Shown here: positions 1 to 30,600 of the stretch, one piece after another | How positions within the stretch are numbered: the stretch's first letter is position 1 | How the letters are laid out: each line of letters opens with the position of its first letter | Assembly (NCBI RefSeq): GCF_039654945.1 | Contig: NW_027361671.1 | Coordinates: 98,766,001 to 98,830,000, forward strand | DNA: 64,000 nt | Reading direction: 5' to 3' | From: Dendrobates tinctorius | Lineage: Eukaryota | The notes under the pieces: model-generated | The model's database searches: none | What the model was told of the DNA's origin: nothing | Seen by the model: only the letters and a program-made list of their open reading frames with translations | Made by a program: the position numbers and the translations under genes

Positions 1-304
1 AACATATACCTGACATATGCCAAAATATAGTTAATACGCAGGCCATGGACTCCTCTTTAAAAAAGATGTACACTATCCAGTATATTTTATTCTTACTGTA
101 TGCCTCTAGTTTTTTTTTTACCTAGCAGACCACTCTTTCCTATGCCTGGCTCCCATATGAAGAGTACATGGGGCTATGGAGATGTCTGTCATGTACAGTG
201 GGATGTACAATGAACATGAAGTAACAGGATAGCTCTATAGGTTCAAGTATTTCAACTTGCCAGTGTAAACACATTAGGATAAGGAGGTGTAAAGGATGAA
301 GACA

Positions 305-985
305 TTGTTGCCATCCTGAATGCGGCAGCAAGTATATCTGTCCAGCCAATACACTGATGCTTGCACCTTGTGCCAGTCATTGCACTGGTTACCCATTCGC
401 CACATTGGTTCTCACCCACAAAGCTCTCCCCAGTTCTGCACCACCATATTTCTCCTCCCTAATCTGTCTATCAACCTATCCTTTCTCTTCAATCAGCAAC
501 TGATCTAAGCCATAATCCCAATCTCCCACTTTCATCTCCAAGACTTTTCTCATGCTGCTCCAGTCTTGTGGAATGATCCAATTAATATCTAGCCCCCACA
601 TTTTTAAGCATGCTTTAAAAACACATCTCTTTAGACAGGCCTATCACCTCACTAATCTAGCTCTCCCTGGTTCCCCCTTCCAGTTTTTCCTCAGAATCTA
701 TTTCAACTGTCTTCACATGCTCTGTACACAGATACTGGCTGATAGTCGGCTCGTGCAGCTTTATATCATAACCCTTATTTATTAGAATGATGTATGGACC
801 ATACATAAACATGTTCTACCTATTGTGTCCCCCTTACAGATTGTAAGGTTGCGAGCAGGCCCCTCACTCTACCTGTAACTGTTGAACTGTATTACTTTAT
901 ATAGTCTATATTGTCTGTAAATGTCCCAGCTCAATTGGAAAGCGCTGCAGAACATGTTAACGCTATATAAATAAAATTATTTATT
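305..985 (+). mobile_element. L2-clade LINE 3' fragment
   Basis: Degenerate RT C-terminus (ILNAAA..., QSLHWLPI) followed by a typical tail (aagcgctgcagaacatgttaacgctatataaataaaattattatt). Resembles the longer copy at 31578-33672. Confidence 0.7.
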
Positions 986-3900
986 TGGTATTTTTGACCA
1001 GAATGGGGCAATCAAAATCACTCTTGCCTGCTCCCTTCTGACTTTCCCCACTACTGCTGGAATCAGAGTCACTGGAGGGAATGCGCAGGCAATCTTGATA
1101 TCCTAAGGAATATGCAGGGAATCTACCGCATATTGTCTTTCCCTTGGGTTTAACGATCAAAATTTCTTTACTTGCCTGTTGCTCTTGTTGGCAAACAAAT
1201 CTATTTCTGGTTTTCCCTACAGGTGTACTATCTGCTGAAAGGTTCTGCGGTTTAAGGCCCATTCCCCATGTTTTAGTTTGTTGCGACTCAGGGAATCTGC
1301 CCCTTTTATGTGTAGTGCCGTCAGGGACAGAAAATGTTGTTCGGCTGTGAGAAAAAAACTGTTGGTTGCTTCCATCAGGGGCTACAATCTCGTCCCCCCC
1401 TGGTGGTTGATGTATGCTACTGTGGCCCCATTGTCTGACATAATACGGACATTGTGGCCTCAGAGGAGTGGAATAAATTGTTCCAGGGACTTGCTCACTG
1501 CCCAAAGTTCTTTTAAGCTGGATGATGAACCTTGCTCCTGAAGAGTCCAGTACCCCTGGATTGCCTGGCCTCTTAGGCGCGCCCCCCAACCCGAGGAACT
1601 TTCATCTGTCAGGATCACATCGTGGCTAAGGCCTGTTTCACACTTCCGTTTTTTGACGTCTGTCAAAATCCGCCAATTTTTGAAAAAAAAGGATCCGCCA
1701 AAAAAAGGGGTGGATCCATTTTTTTCCCTCATAGACTTACATTAGCGGCGGATCTTAACTGACGGTCGTCCGTCCCATCCGTTTTTTTACGGATCCGTCA
1801 AAATTTTAGCGGCTCCCGGGCAGATGGGATGGACTCTGCAACGTTTTTTTTTTACTGACAGTCCGCTGTTTTGAAGTGCGCATGCCCGGAAGCTTTGCTC
1901 CGGGAACATTTTAACTATGAAATGCCGTCCCGGGATCGGCGAAAATTCTCTCTATCGTTCCTTTAAAATTTCAACTTCGGCGGATCCGTCAAAACAACGG
2001 TCCGGTGGCACACGGTGTCACAACGGAAACGGATCCGTTTTTCGCCTTTTTCACAGATTGCAACTGACGTCAAAAAACGGAGGTGTGAAACAGGCCTTAC
2101 CGGTGTTTCCCAAGGTATTCCCGATATTAAGTTTGTCCTGTTTAACCACCAACTGAGGGAGTTTCTGACCCGTTAGGAAAGTTCCATCTTTCCTTCGAAA
2201 CGCCCTCTTAGCCATTTTTGCGCTGATAGGATCTCCCACTGCAGATGTCGTGTGTGGAATTGGGCCCATCTGACTGCTGGGATACAGGACGTCAGGGTCC
2301 CCAACAGGGACATTGCATTTCTCAGGGTCTAAATGAGGTTGTGCTATAGCTGCTGAGGTCAGGTTTACTACTTCTGTCTTGTCCTCGGGAAGAAGACAGG
2401 CCTGTAATTCGGAGTCCAGGATAAACCCTAGGAAGCCCTGTCTCCTCAGGGGTTGCAATCTTGTTATTTTTGTATTTATCATCCACCCCAATTCTTGCAG
2501 GGTTTTGGTAACCTGTCCCAGCTGCATAGTACAATGGTTCTCCAAGTCTCCCACTATTAGGAAGTCGTCCAGCTAGGGCACTATAATGGTGTTCTGGATA
2601 CGGAAGAAGGCTGTCATTTTGTGAGCAAAAGATGACAGCTTGCCCCCCACCGGGATTCTGGTGTCATTGCGGGGATTTTTTGGATGTAGAAGCGGACCCT
2701 TCGAACATAAATCCAGAGTCCTTCTTTTTCCTATCCTCCCATTTCCTTTTCTCCCCTGGGGGACGGCCTCTGCTGAATTTCTTGCTCCGAAAGGGCGGTC
2801 TTCTCTGATCCGCTGGAAACCAGGGAAAGCCTTTCTTCCTATCACTCGCCTTTTCTAGGATATCACCCAGATTCTTCCCGAACAGGAAGTGACCATCACA
2901 CGGCAAGGAACACAACTTGACCTTGGACTGTATATCAGCTGAGCAACCCTTAAGCCATAAGGCGCGTCTCGCGGCGTTCGATAATCCAGCTGCTCTAGCT
3001 GTTAGTCTCATGGAGTCAGCCGACGTGTCTGCCAAAAAGGCTGCCGCTCCAAAAATAAAAGATATAAATCCGACAAGATCTCATCCCTTGGTACCTTGGA
3101 AGCCAGTTGCTCCTTGAGCTGCTGGAGCCAGATCATTAAAGATCTTGCCGTGCAAGTTCCAGCTATTGCATGTTTTAATCCCCCTGCTGCAGCTTCCCAT
3201 GTATGTCTAAGGAAAGAATCCGTCTTTTTATCTAACGGGTCTCTGAGAACCCCTGAGTCCACCAAGGGCAACGTCGTTTTTTTGGACGACCTGGACACTG
3301 CCGCATCGATTTTGGGACCTTGTTCCATATCTCCGTATCTTTTTCCTCAAAAGGATACCTCCTTTTAGAGAAGGAGGGCAGGGCCCCTGACTTTTCCGTT
3401 TTTTTTCCACTCTCTATTGATGAGTGCTCGGACTTTGTCATTAACTGGGAAGGTTTGCTTCTTCCTTTCTTGTAATCCCCCAAACATCACATCTTCCAGG
3501 GACTTAGCTATCCTTTCTTCCTTCACACCCTTTGTAACCCTAATGGCTTTAAGGAGACTGTCTGTGTCTTCTATAGGAAAACATGTTTACCTCCCGTGTC
3601 ACTGTCTGAGGAAGAGGAAAAAGGGGATTCAGCCTGTACTCGACCCACAGACAAGACCGAGGAAGAGTCCGAATTAAATGGAGAATCTTAAACTTCTTTT
3701 TCCCCTTTTTTAGTAGGGTTTTAAAGGAGCCCTCTACTTCCGACTTAATAGCCGACCTAAGGGTAGCTGCAAAATTTGGGGTTTCCTCTGCGATAGTTCT
3801 CTGGATGCAGTTGGAACACAGGTCCTTCTGCCAATCCCTTGCTAGGGGAATTTTACACAGGGCAGAGACTCTGTTATTCTTCTTTGCTAGCTAACATTCA

Positions 3901-4712
3901 CGAAGATCACTCACCACCCGCTGATAGCCAAGGGTACCGGACTCAGAGGCTGTGGAGCAACGCGTAACGCATCATCCCTGGACACCGAGGAGTCCCTTGA
4001 TCTGTGGCTGCTTCTGGCACTTGAACGACCATCACCTTTGCGGTCCTGTCAATGCGCCGTAGACTGAGCTGGAGGTAGTGGCGGTGGCGACAGCAACTGC
4101 CGCTGCTTTAACTCCATGATGCTAGCAGCCTTCTCCTCATGCATCCGCCTTAAAATAGGCCACCGTAACCAGGTGAGATAGTCCCATCCCCCTGCGACCA
4201 CCGGCCAGACCGCGTCCAAAAAGAAAAAAAAAACGGCCGGCATCGCACTGGGCGCCATTATTTCGCCGCCTCTCTGACGTCAGCAGGGCGTGTCCACAAT
4301 ACATTGTGGGCCCGTGATGTCAGAGGGACCGGAAGTCGTCCCGGCCGCTCCACCACGCTGAATCCCAGGGAGCCGGCTCGGGAGGCGCAGGGGGAGGGCG
4401 GCGCGGTGGATGTTCTCCAGGCCTTCCTGCAGCTGCCGCCCGCACAAACACAGAGCCCTAGGGGGACCTGTGGACTGTGCTTCAGGACGCCTGATGGCTG
4501 GCGCTACAGGTATGAAAACCTGTTCATCCCGCGCCGGAACGGGTCCGGGACCCTTCATTCATGACCGGCAACGCCGCCTTACAGAATTCCCATCCAGGAC
4601 AGGAACCCAACAAAAGAGGGGTAGAGGTACCGCCCCTTATATTTCAGCAGGTTCCTGTCCTGGCGGAGCGGATCCCTCTCTCAGGTGTGATGTCATGGGT
4701 GAAGGGAAAAAA
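986..4712 (-). mobile_element. DIRS1-like retrotransposon, degenerate and 3'-truncated
   Basis: Minus strand carries a gag-like region (Cys motif LCKIPLARDWQKDLCSNC; LAP2alpha-like ...ARRALWLKGCSADIQSKVKLCSLPCDGHFLFG), an RT core remnant (IIVP*LDDFLIVG, QGFLGFILDS), RNase H (VILTDESSSGWGA...SLKELWAV) and an MT-like DLFANK motif. T-rich 5' terminus near 4712. No recombinase ORF is present in the window. Confidence 0.85.
1630..2096. mobile_element. Harbinger-type MITE inserted in the DIRS pol region
   Basis: Perfect TIR ggcctgtttcacac/gtgtgaaacaggcc with TAA/TTA flanks. Removing it plus 3 bp restores the frame GIPWETPV-SHDVILTD. Confidence 0.85.
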
Positions 4713-5850
4713 GGGCTAATTGCCATATGAAACACTAAGTTTATAAAGCCTTTTTTAAACATGGGTCTAGGGGTTAAACACTATAAAGGCTTAATTAGGC
4801 AGGGTGTTTAGTAACAAATATTCTGATTCTGGTGGGTTGGAGGACATGGGGGACCGGTCAGGTTCCCTTTAATCACATAAGAGGTAAGCTCAACTTTGAT
4901 GTAATCATGTAGGGTAAACACTAGCAAGCCACCATAGTTGTAAGAACTTTGGGGTCATGTTCATACACTAAGACACTTCCCACTGCAAGAATCTTAAATG
5001 CAAATTTCAACGAAGATCTTTTGTAACATGCGTCATATATGAATGTCCAGAAGAAGTACATGTAGATAGGGATATGCGGTGACTTTAAAATTTCATGGCA
5101 TGTAATGTAATTTTTCAAGAAATGTCAGCACTGATCTCACACATTCTTCACCTGCATATGCACAGACTAATTAAAACGTCTGTGATGGTGGGCTGGTTGG
5201 GATTGTGATCAATGACTTGTACCTGAAATGTTTAGATTTTGTGTAGGCGGTATATGAGGATAATGTATGTGGTGAAAATTGCCGTCACTAGATTGTATAA
5301 CATTTCTACTGAATAATCACAGGGAGCCCAAAGTCCTTACAGTGGATCATACAGACCAAGGAGGCCCAACATATTCTCACCTGGGGGCCACCTTATCCTA
5401 TTATACCACTCCCAAAAGCCACAATAAAATATAGATGTAGTCCAGAATGAACATTTATGGCGTGTAGACAAAATAAGTCATAGTCCCTCTTCACGGCCTG
5501 GCAATTTTTTGTTTTTGATTTTTTTCCCTCCCCATCTTCAACGAGACATAACTTTTAATTTTCCATCAATGTTCATGAGGGCTTGTTTTTGCACGATGGG
5601 TTATAGTTTTTAATAACACTATTCTTTCTCCCTGAATACTGAAAATACAGAGAAAAAAATCCAAGTGCGAAGAAATAGTAAATAAAAAAAAAACTGCAAT
5701 TTCAGGTACAAAATTGTAATTCTGCCATTTTTTTGGTTTGTTTTTATGGCGTTCAGTGTGTGGTACCAACAACAACAAACATTTGCAGTCTGTTGTGACA
5801 AAAGCCCAAAGTAAAAAAATTTGTTTGCAAATCGCAACATCATTATTTAA

Positions 5851-7068
5851 CCCCTTAATGACTGGAGCTTTTTTCAGTTTTCGCTTTTCGCTCCCCTCCT
5901 TCCCAGAGCCATAACTTTTTTATTTCTCCGTCAATATGGCCATGTGAGGGCTTATTTTTTGCGGGACAAGTTGTACTATTGAACAATACAATTGGTTTTA
6001 CCATGTCGTGTACCTGAAAAGGGAAAAAAAATTCCAAGTGCGGTGAAATTGCAAAAAAGTGCAATCCCACACTTGCTTTTTTGCTAGGTTCACTAAATGC
6101 TAAAACTGACCTGCCATTATGATTATCCAGGTTATTATGAGTTCATAGACATCAAACATGTCTAGGTTATTTTTTATCTAAGTGGTGAAAAAAAAAAAAT
6201 TGCACCATTTTCCCAGACCCGTAGGGTCTACATTTTTCGTGATCTGGGGTCAGGTGAGGGCTTATTTTTCGCGTGCCGAGCTGACATTTTTAATAATACC
6301 ATTTTTCTGCAGATACAATCTTTTGATAGCTCGTTATTGCATTTTAATGCAATGTTGCAGCGACCAAAAAAAGGTAGTTCTGGCGTTTTGATTTTTTTTT
6401 CCCCGCTATGCCGTTTAGTGATCGAGTTAATCCTTTTTTTTTTATTGATAGATTGGGCAATTCTGAATGCGGCGATACCAAATATGTCCATGTTTGATTT
6501 CATTTTTATTATTTTATTTTGCATGGGGCGAAAGGGGAGTGATTTAAACTTGTTTCTTTTATTTTTTTCATATTTTTAAAAACATTTTTCTTTAACTTTT
6601 GACTTGCTTGAATAGTCTCCATAGGACACTAGAAGCTGCCATAGCCTGATCGGCTCTGCTACAGATCGCCTCTGTGTAGCAGAATTACAGCATTTCTATG
6701 AGCGCCGACCACAGGGTGTCGCTCATAGTAATCCGGTATCAACAACCATAGAGGTCTCAAGGAGACCTCTAGTTGTTACACCGACGAACCGATGACCTCC
6801 GATCACGTGACAGGGGTCAGCGTTGCGCGTATTTCCGGCCCGAGGGCTGTAAGCGCGCATTAAATGCTGCTGTCAGTTTGACAGCGACATTTAACTAGTT
6901 AATAGCTGCGGGCGGATCGTGATTCCACCAGCGCCTATTGCGGGCATATGTCAGCGGATTAAAACAGCTGACATGTCCCGGGTTTGATACGGGCTCACCG
7001 CCGGAGCCCACATCAAAGCGGGGGATACTGCCATCGGCCGTGCTATTCCGTCCGATGGCAGTAAGGGG
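5851..7068 (-). mobile_element. Non-autonomous TTAA element (piggyBac-like), nested in an older related copy (~5480-7500)
   Basis: TTAA|cccctta...taagggg|TTAA termini. Internal sequence is the reverse complement of parts of the element starting at 61185. Confidence 0.75.
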
Positions 7069-7540
7069 TTAAGTGATGGCAAACTTATATAGGGGTTTTT
7101 TTTTTCATATTTTACTGGTTAAAACAGTTAGAACTTTGCAAAAAGACAAAAAAAAATATTGTTTATGTTGTCATTTATTGAAACACACAAGTTTTTTTCT
7201 TCTGGACTTGGGTGAGGGCTAATATCTTGTGAGCCAAGCTGTAGTTTATCGGTATTAGTTTAGGGTAAATAAGATTTTGTAATCACATTTTATTGGCGGG
7301 GCGGGGAGAGGGGATGACTGAAAAACAGCAATTCTGGGGGTATGATACTGTATTGGCTTGAATAATTTTATAATTGATCAATCAGACTTTTGCAGATAGG
7401 TGTATTTTTCCATTTATTTATTTTTTTTATTAGGAAAAGTGGGGCTATTGAAAAACTAATATAATTTAATAAATGTCTGTTATCATCATAAAAATATCAT
7501 AAATTCCCCTAGGGAACCTGAGCCAGTGATTGTTTGATTG

Positions 7541-8085
7541 TGCCATGATCCAGACCGGGTTTTGAGTCCTGTCTTTCCGTGCTCCCGGTCTGGTTATTTG
7601 AGGGTTAACTTTTCACAGCCTCCAGTCTGGTCTCAGATTTGCTATTTAGCTCTGCTGCATCCTGCAGGCAGTGTCAGCTACAGTTCTGCCTTCGGCATGT
7701 GTATCTGACTCTGTATATCCTGATTTGCCCTGCTGTGATCCTTGACTTGCCCCATGTCTGTTTATTCCCTCTGCTTGTCCTGACTCAGTGTTTCCCTGTA
7801 AGTTTGTTGACTCCCTGGTTTTGACTCGGCTTGCATTTGCACCTGCTTGTCTTTTGTCTTATCCGCTTCTGACAGTTGCTGACCCCCTGGCTTGTTTCTG
7901 ACCAGGTGTACTGCTGTGACCTCTGGTACTTCTGCTCCTGACTGTTGCTGACTCGGCTTGTCTCACCACTCTTTCACCAGAGTGTTGCTGCTGCTCAGTG
8001 TTGCTACACTGTGTGTGCAACCTCTCTTCCCTCACCAGTACCCCCTGGTGGAAGATGCGCTATACTGCACTGCAGTAGCATGACA
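7541..8085. mobile_element. Solo LTR
   Basis: TG(c)catg...catgaCA termini flanked by a perfect 5 bp direct repeat GATTG (7536-7540 and 8086-8090). Confidence 0.75.
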
Positions 8086-8487
8086 GATTGCTTGTGCTAT
8101 ATACTGTAATTCTCCAGTACTGCTGCTGCTACAGACAGGCAAAGGCTGTATAACGCAGCTTGCACCCGCCGTGTATGATGAAGCTCAGCTGTACATTTAG
8201 GTCAGATATTGACAAAAGGCTTGGGGGGGCATCAACTCTTCTAAAAATTCTGTTAGTAAATATTTATATTCCCCATGAAATAACTATTTAGTCCTATCGG
8301 AAAATTCATGGTATCCATTCTCTGTAGCAACATCCTTGCGTGGCGGCACCGAGGGGCCATTTATTACAGAGAATGTTAGATGGTTGCCACAATCTCTGGA
8401 GCTTGCACCCAACTGTATTTCAACTTTATTAGATGAATTTTTGGAAGAGCAATGTCTCCTATTAAACAATGTTCTTCCGTTTCTTCA

Positions 8488-28125
<19,638 letters not shown>

Positions 28126-28199
28126 TGTACCAGCTCAGCTGCAGGCTCTCCTGGCTGCTGGGATCGGAGCCCCGGGGCTTCCACACAGCGGCGCTACTC

Positions 28200-28660
28200 C
28201 CAGCGTAGAGCTAGTAACCGGGCGAAGATCAGATACAGGCCTCCAGCAGCAGCTCCACCACCCGGGCGGCCACCAATGACGTCATCAGACCGCGCCACCA
28301 CACACTGCCCTCCGGTAACTTTGCTCAGAATGACAGAAGTAGCAGAACGCGCCGGGCAATGCTATGTGCTGCGTCTCCGTACTGGGACGGCCATGGAGAA
28401 ACTAGTGGAAACAGTCAGTTTGGATGAAAACCGCAACCTCTGGCCTCCGTGTACACGTCTCTCCCGGAATACGCATCAGACTTGAGTCCGGCCGGATCAT
28501 TTACAAAAACATCGCCCGAATGAACTAATTCCTCCTGCAACGTCGCGGTAACGTGACGTCAAAGGAGGGCGGCAAGAGAGAGAACTACATCCCCCAGAAC
28601 CCTGTGCGGCGGAAGTGACGTAGCGGCGGGTTCTTATACTGCCATTTCCCGGATGTTAAC
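28200..28660. promoter_or_regulatory. Bidirectional CpG-rich promoter shared by PTPN11 and RPL6
   Basis: CRE palindromes TGACGTCA (~28277 and 28554), ZNF143/SBS-like ACTACAtcCCCCAG (28584), ETS/GABP CGGAAGTG (28610) and YY1-like GCCATTT (28641). Confidence 0.75.
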
Positions 28661-28680
28661 CCTTTTTCCTTTCAGCCAAG
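28661..28680 (+). other. RPL6: RPL6 non-coding exon 1 with 5' TOP pyrimidine tract
   Basis: cctttttcctttcagccaag|gtagga. The next exon starts directly with ATG after ...tacag. Confidence 0.75.
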
Positions 28681-29184
28681 GTAGGAATGGCGGATGTTCT
28701 GTAGTGAGAGCGGGGCCCTGGTAGTGGAATCGGATGTAATCCTGCTCTGGGTGCTCGCCTGCGCCCTCCCGGACTACCCGGGGCTGTCGGCGGATAGTGG
28801 AGCTGCCCTGCGGGGCCGATATCGCCCGTTATGGGGGTGTAGTGCGGAGTGTGTCCCGGCCTGGTGCTGTGTACATGCCGGGGCCGAGCTGTGCGCGTCT
28901 CCCGGGGCTGTTGTCTCGTTATGTCCGGTTACACGTGTGTCCGCGGAGATCACTAGTGACCTGGTCAGGTGTAGCAGAGCCGAGTGTGTGTGTCTGCAGT
29001 GGGGTGTAGTGCCTGTCTAGAGACTGTCCCATCTGTCGGGCACATCACTGATACAGGGAGCCACACTGACGGGCACTCAGAGGGTCGCTAGGCTTACACC
29101 AGGTTATTGTGTAGCTGTGGTGTTAGAGGGCCTGACCAGAAGAAACGCGTTATCCCCGTCTGCAGGATATGGAATAACGTGCTG

Positions 29185-30056
29185 CTGTGTGCGCGTGGGG
29201 GGGGGGGGGTCGCTCGCTGCGTGTGTGTGTGGGGTGGGGGGGTNNNNNNNNNNNNNNNNNNNNNNNNNNNNNNNNNNNNNNNNNNNNNNNNNNNNNNNNN
29301 NNNNNNNNNNNNNNNNNNNNNNNNNNNNNNNNNNNNNNNNNNNNNNNNNNNNNNNNNNNNNNNNNNNNNNNNGTTGGGGGGGGGGGGGGGTCTCTCGCTG
29401 CCGGTGTGTGTTGTGTTGGGGGGGGGGGGNNNNNNNNNNNNNNNNNNNNNNNNNNNNNNNNNNNNNNNNNNNNNNNNNNNNNNNNNNNNNNNNNNNNNNN
29501 NNNNNNNNNNNNNNNNNNNNNNNNNNNNNNNNNNNNNNNNNNNNNNNNNNNNNNNNNNNNNNNNNNNNNNNNNNNNNNNNNNNNNNNNNNNNNNNNNNNN
29601 NNNNNNNNNNNNNNNNNNNNNNNNNNNNNNNNNNNNNNNNNNNNNNNNNNNNNNNNNNNNNNNNNNNNNNNNNNNNNNNNNNNNNNNNNNNNNNNNNNNN
29701 NNNNNNNNNNNNNNNNNNNNNNNNNNNNNNNNNNNNNNNNNNNNNNNNNNNNNNNNNNNNNNNNNNNNNNNNNNNNNNNNNNNNNNNNNNNNNNNNNNNN
29801 NNNNNNNNNNNNNNNNNNNNNNNNNNNNNNNNNNNNNNNNNNNNNNNNNNNNNNNNNTGTGTGTGTTGGGGGGGGTCTCTCGCTGCCGGTGTGTGTGTTG
29901 GGGGGGGGGGGGGTCTCTCGCTGCCGGTGTGTGTTGGGGGGGGGGGGGGGTCTCTCGCTGCCTGTGTGTTGGGGGGGGGGGGGTCTCTCGCTGCCGGTGT
30001 GTGTTGGGGGGGGGGGGGGTCTCGCTGCTGGTGTGTGTGTGGGGGGGGGGGTCTCG
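29185..30056. repeat. Poly-G/(GT) minisatellite with assembly gaps in RPL6 intron 1
   Basis: Units gtgtgtt(g)n tctctcgctgccg flank two N runs. Confidence 0.85.
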
Positions 30057-30450
30057 TAGCTAGGCCCTAACTTGTCTTCACAGGATAAAACTTTTAAGAA
30101 ATTTACTTCAAACTGACACAAAAAAAATTGTCTAGTAAATTATCTTTAGAAAGTTGGTGCTTCTGATGACCAGTCCTAAGCATTGCTCACCAATATCAGA
30201 TGGGTGAGGATGTGGACCCCCATGTCCCCTGCTGATCAGTGGCTGGAGATAAACATCGGCCATTACACATTGCACGGAGCTCAGTCACATGTTTGTCGGA
30301 CCCCCACCTGATGTGACTTTGATTCTGTAGTAAAACTAGGTCTTCGATATCGCATGCCCGGAGAACTATAAATCTCTCCACCTTCGTGATTTTGAGTTAT
30401 CCGCTTTAGGTTTGGAGTCTAATACTTTCTAACCAGCTTATTCATTACAG

Positions 30451-30600
30451 ATGGCAGAAGAACAGGCTGTGAAGAAGGTCAGGAAGCATCATGGCAGCCG
30501 CAACCCAGTACTGGTCCGCGGAATTGGGAAGTATTCCCGGTCAGCAATGATTGCAAGGAAAGCGCTGTACAAGCGCAAGTACAAGGCCCCTGAGACTAAG
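30451..30600 (+). CDS. RPL6: RPL6 coding exon 1
   Basis: tacag|ATGGCA...ACTAAG|gtaagc. Confidence 0.95.

Noticed and set aside
29107-30121. ~320 aa ORFs
   Set aside because: They run through N gaps and poly-G.
30162-30236. C/D-box-like TGATGA...CTGA in RPL6 intron 1 (a similar one near 34788-34843)
   Set aside because: No terminal stem or recognisable guide; the first overlaps MITE-like sequence.
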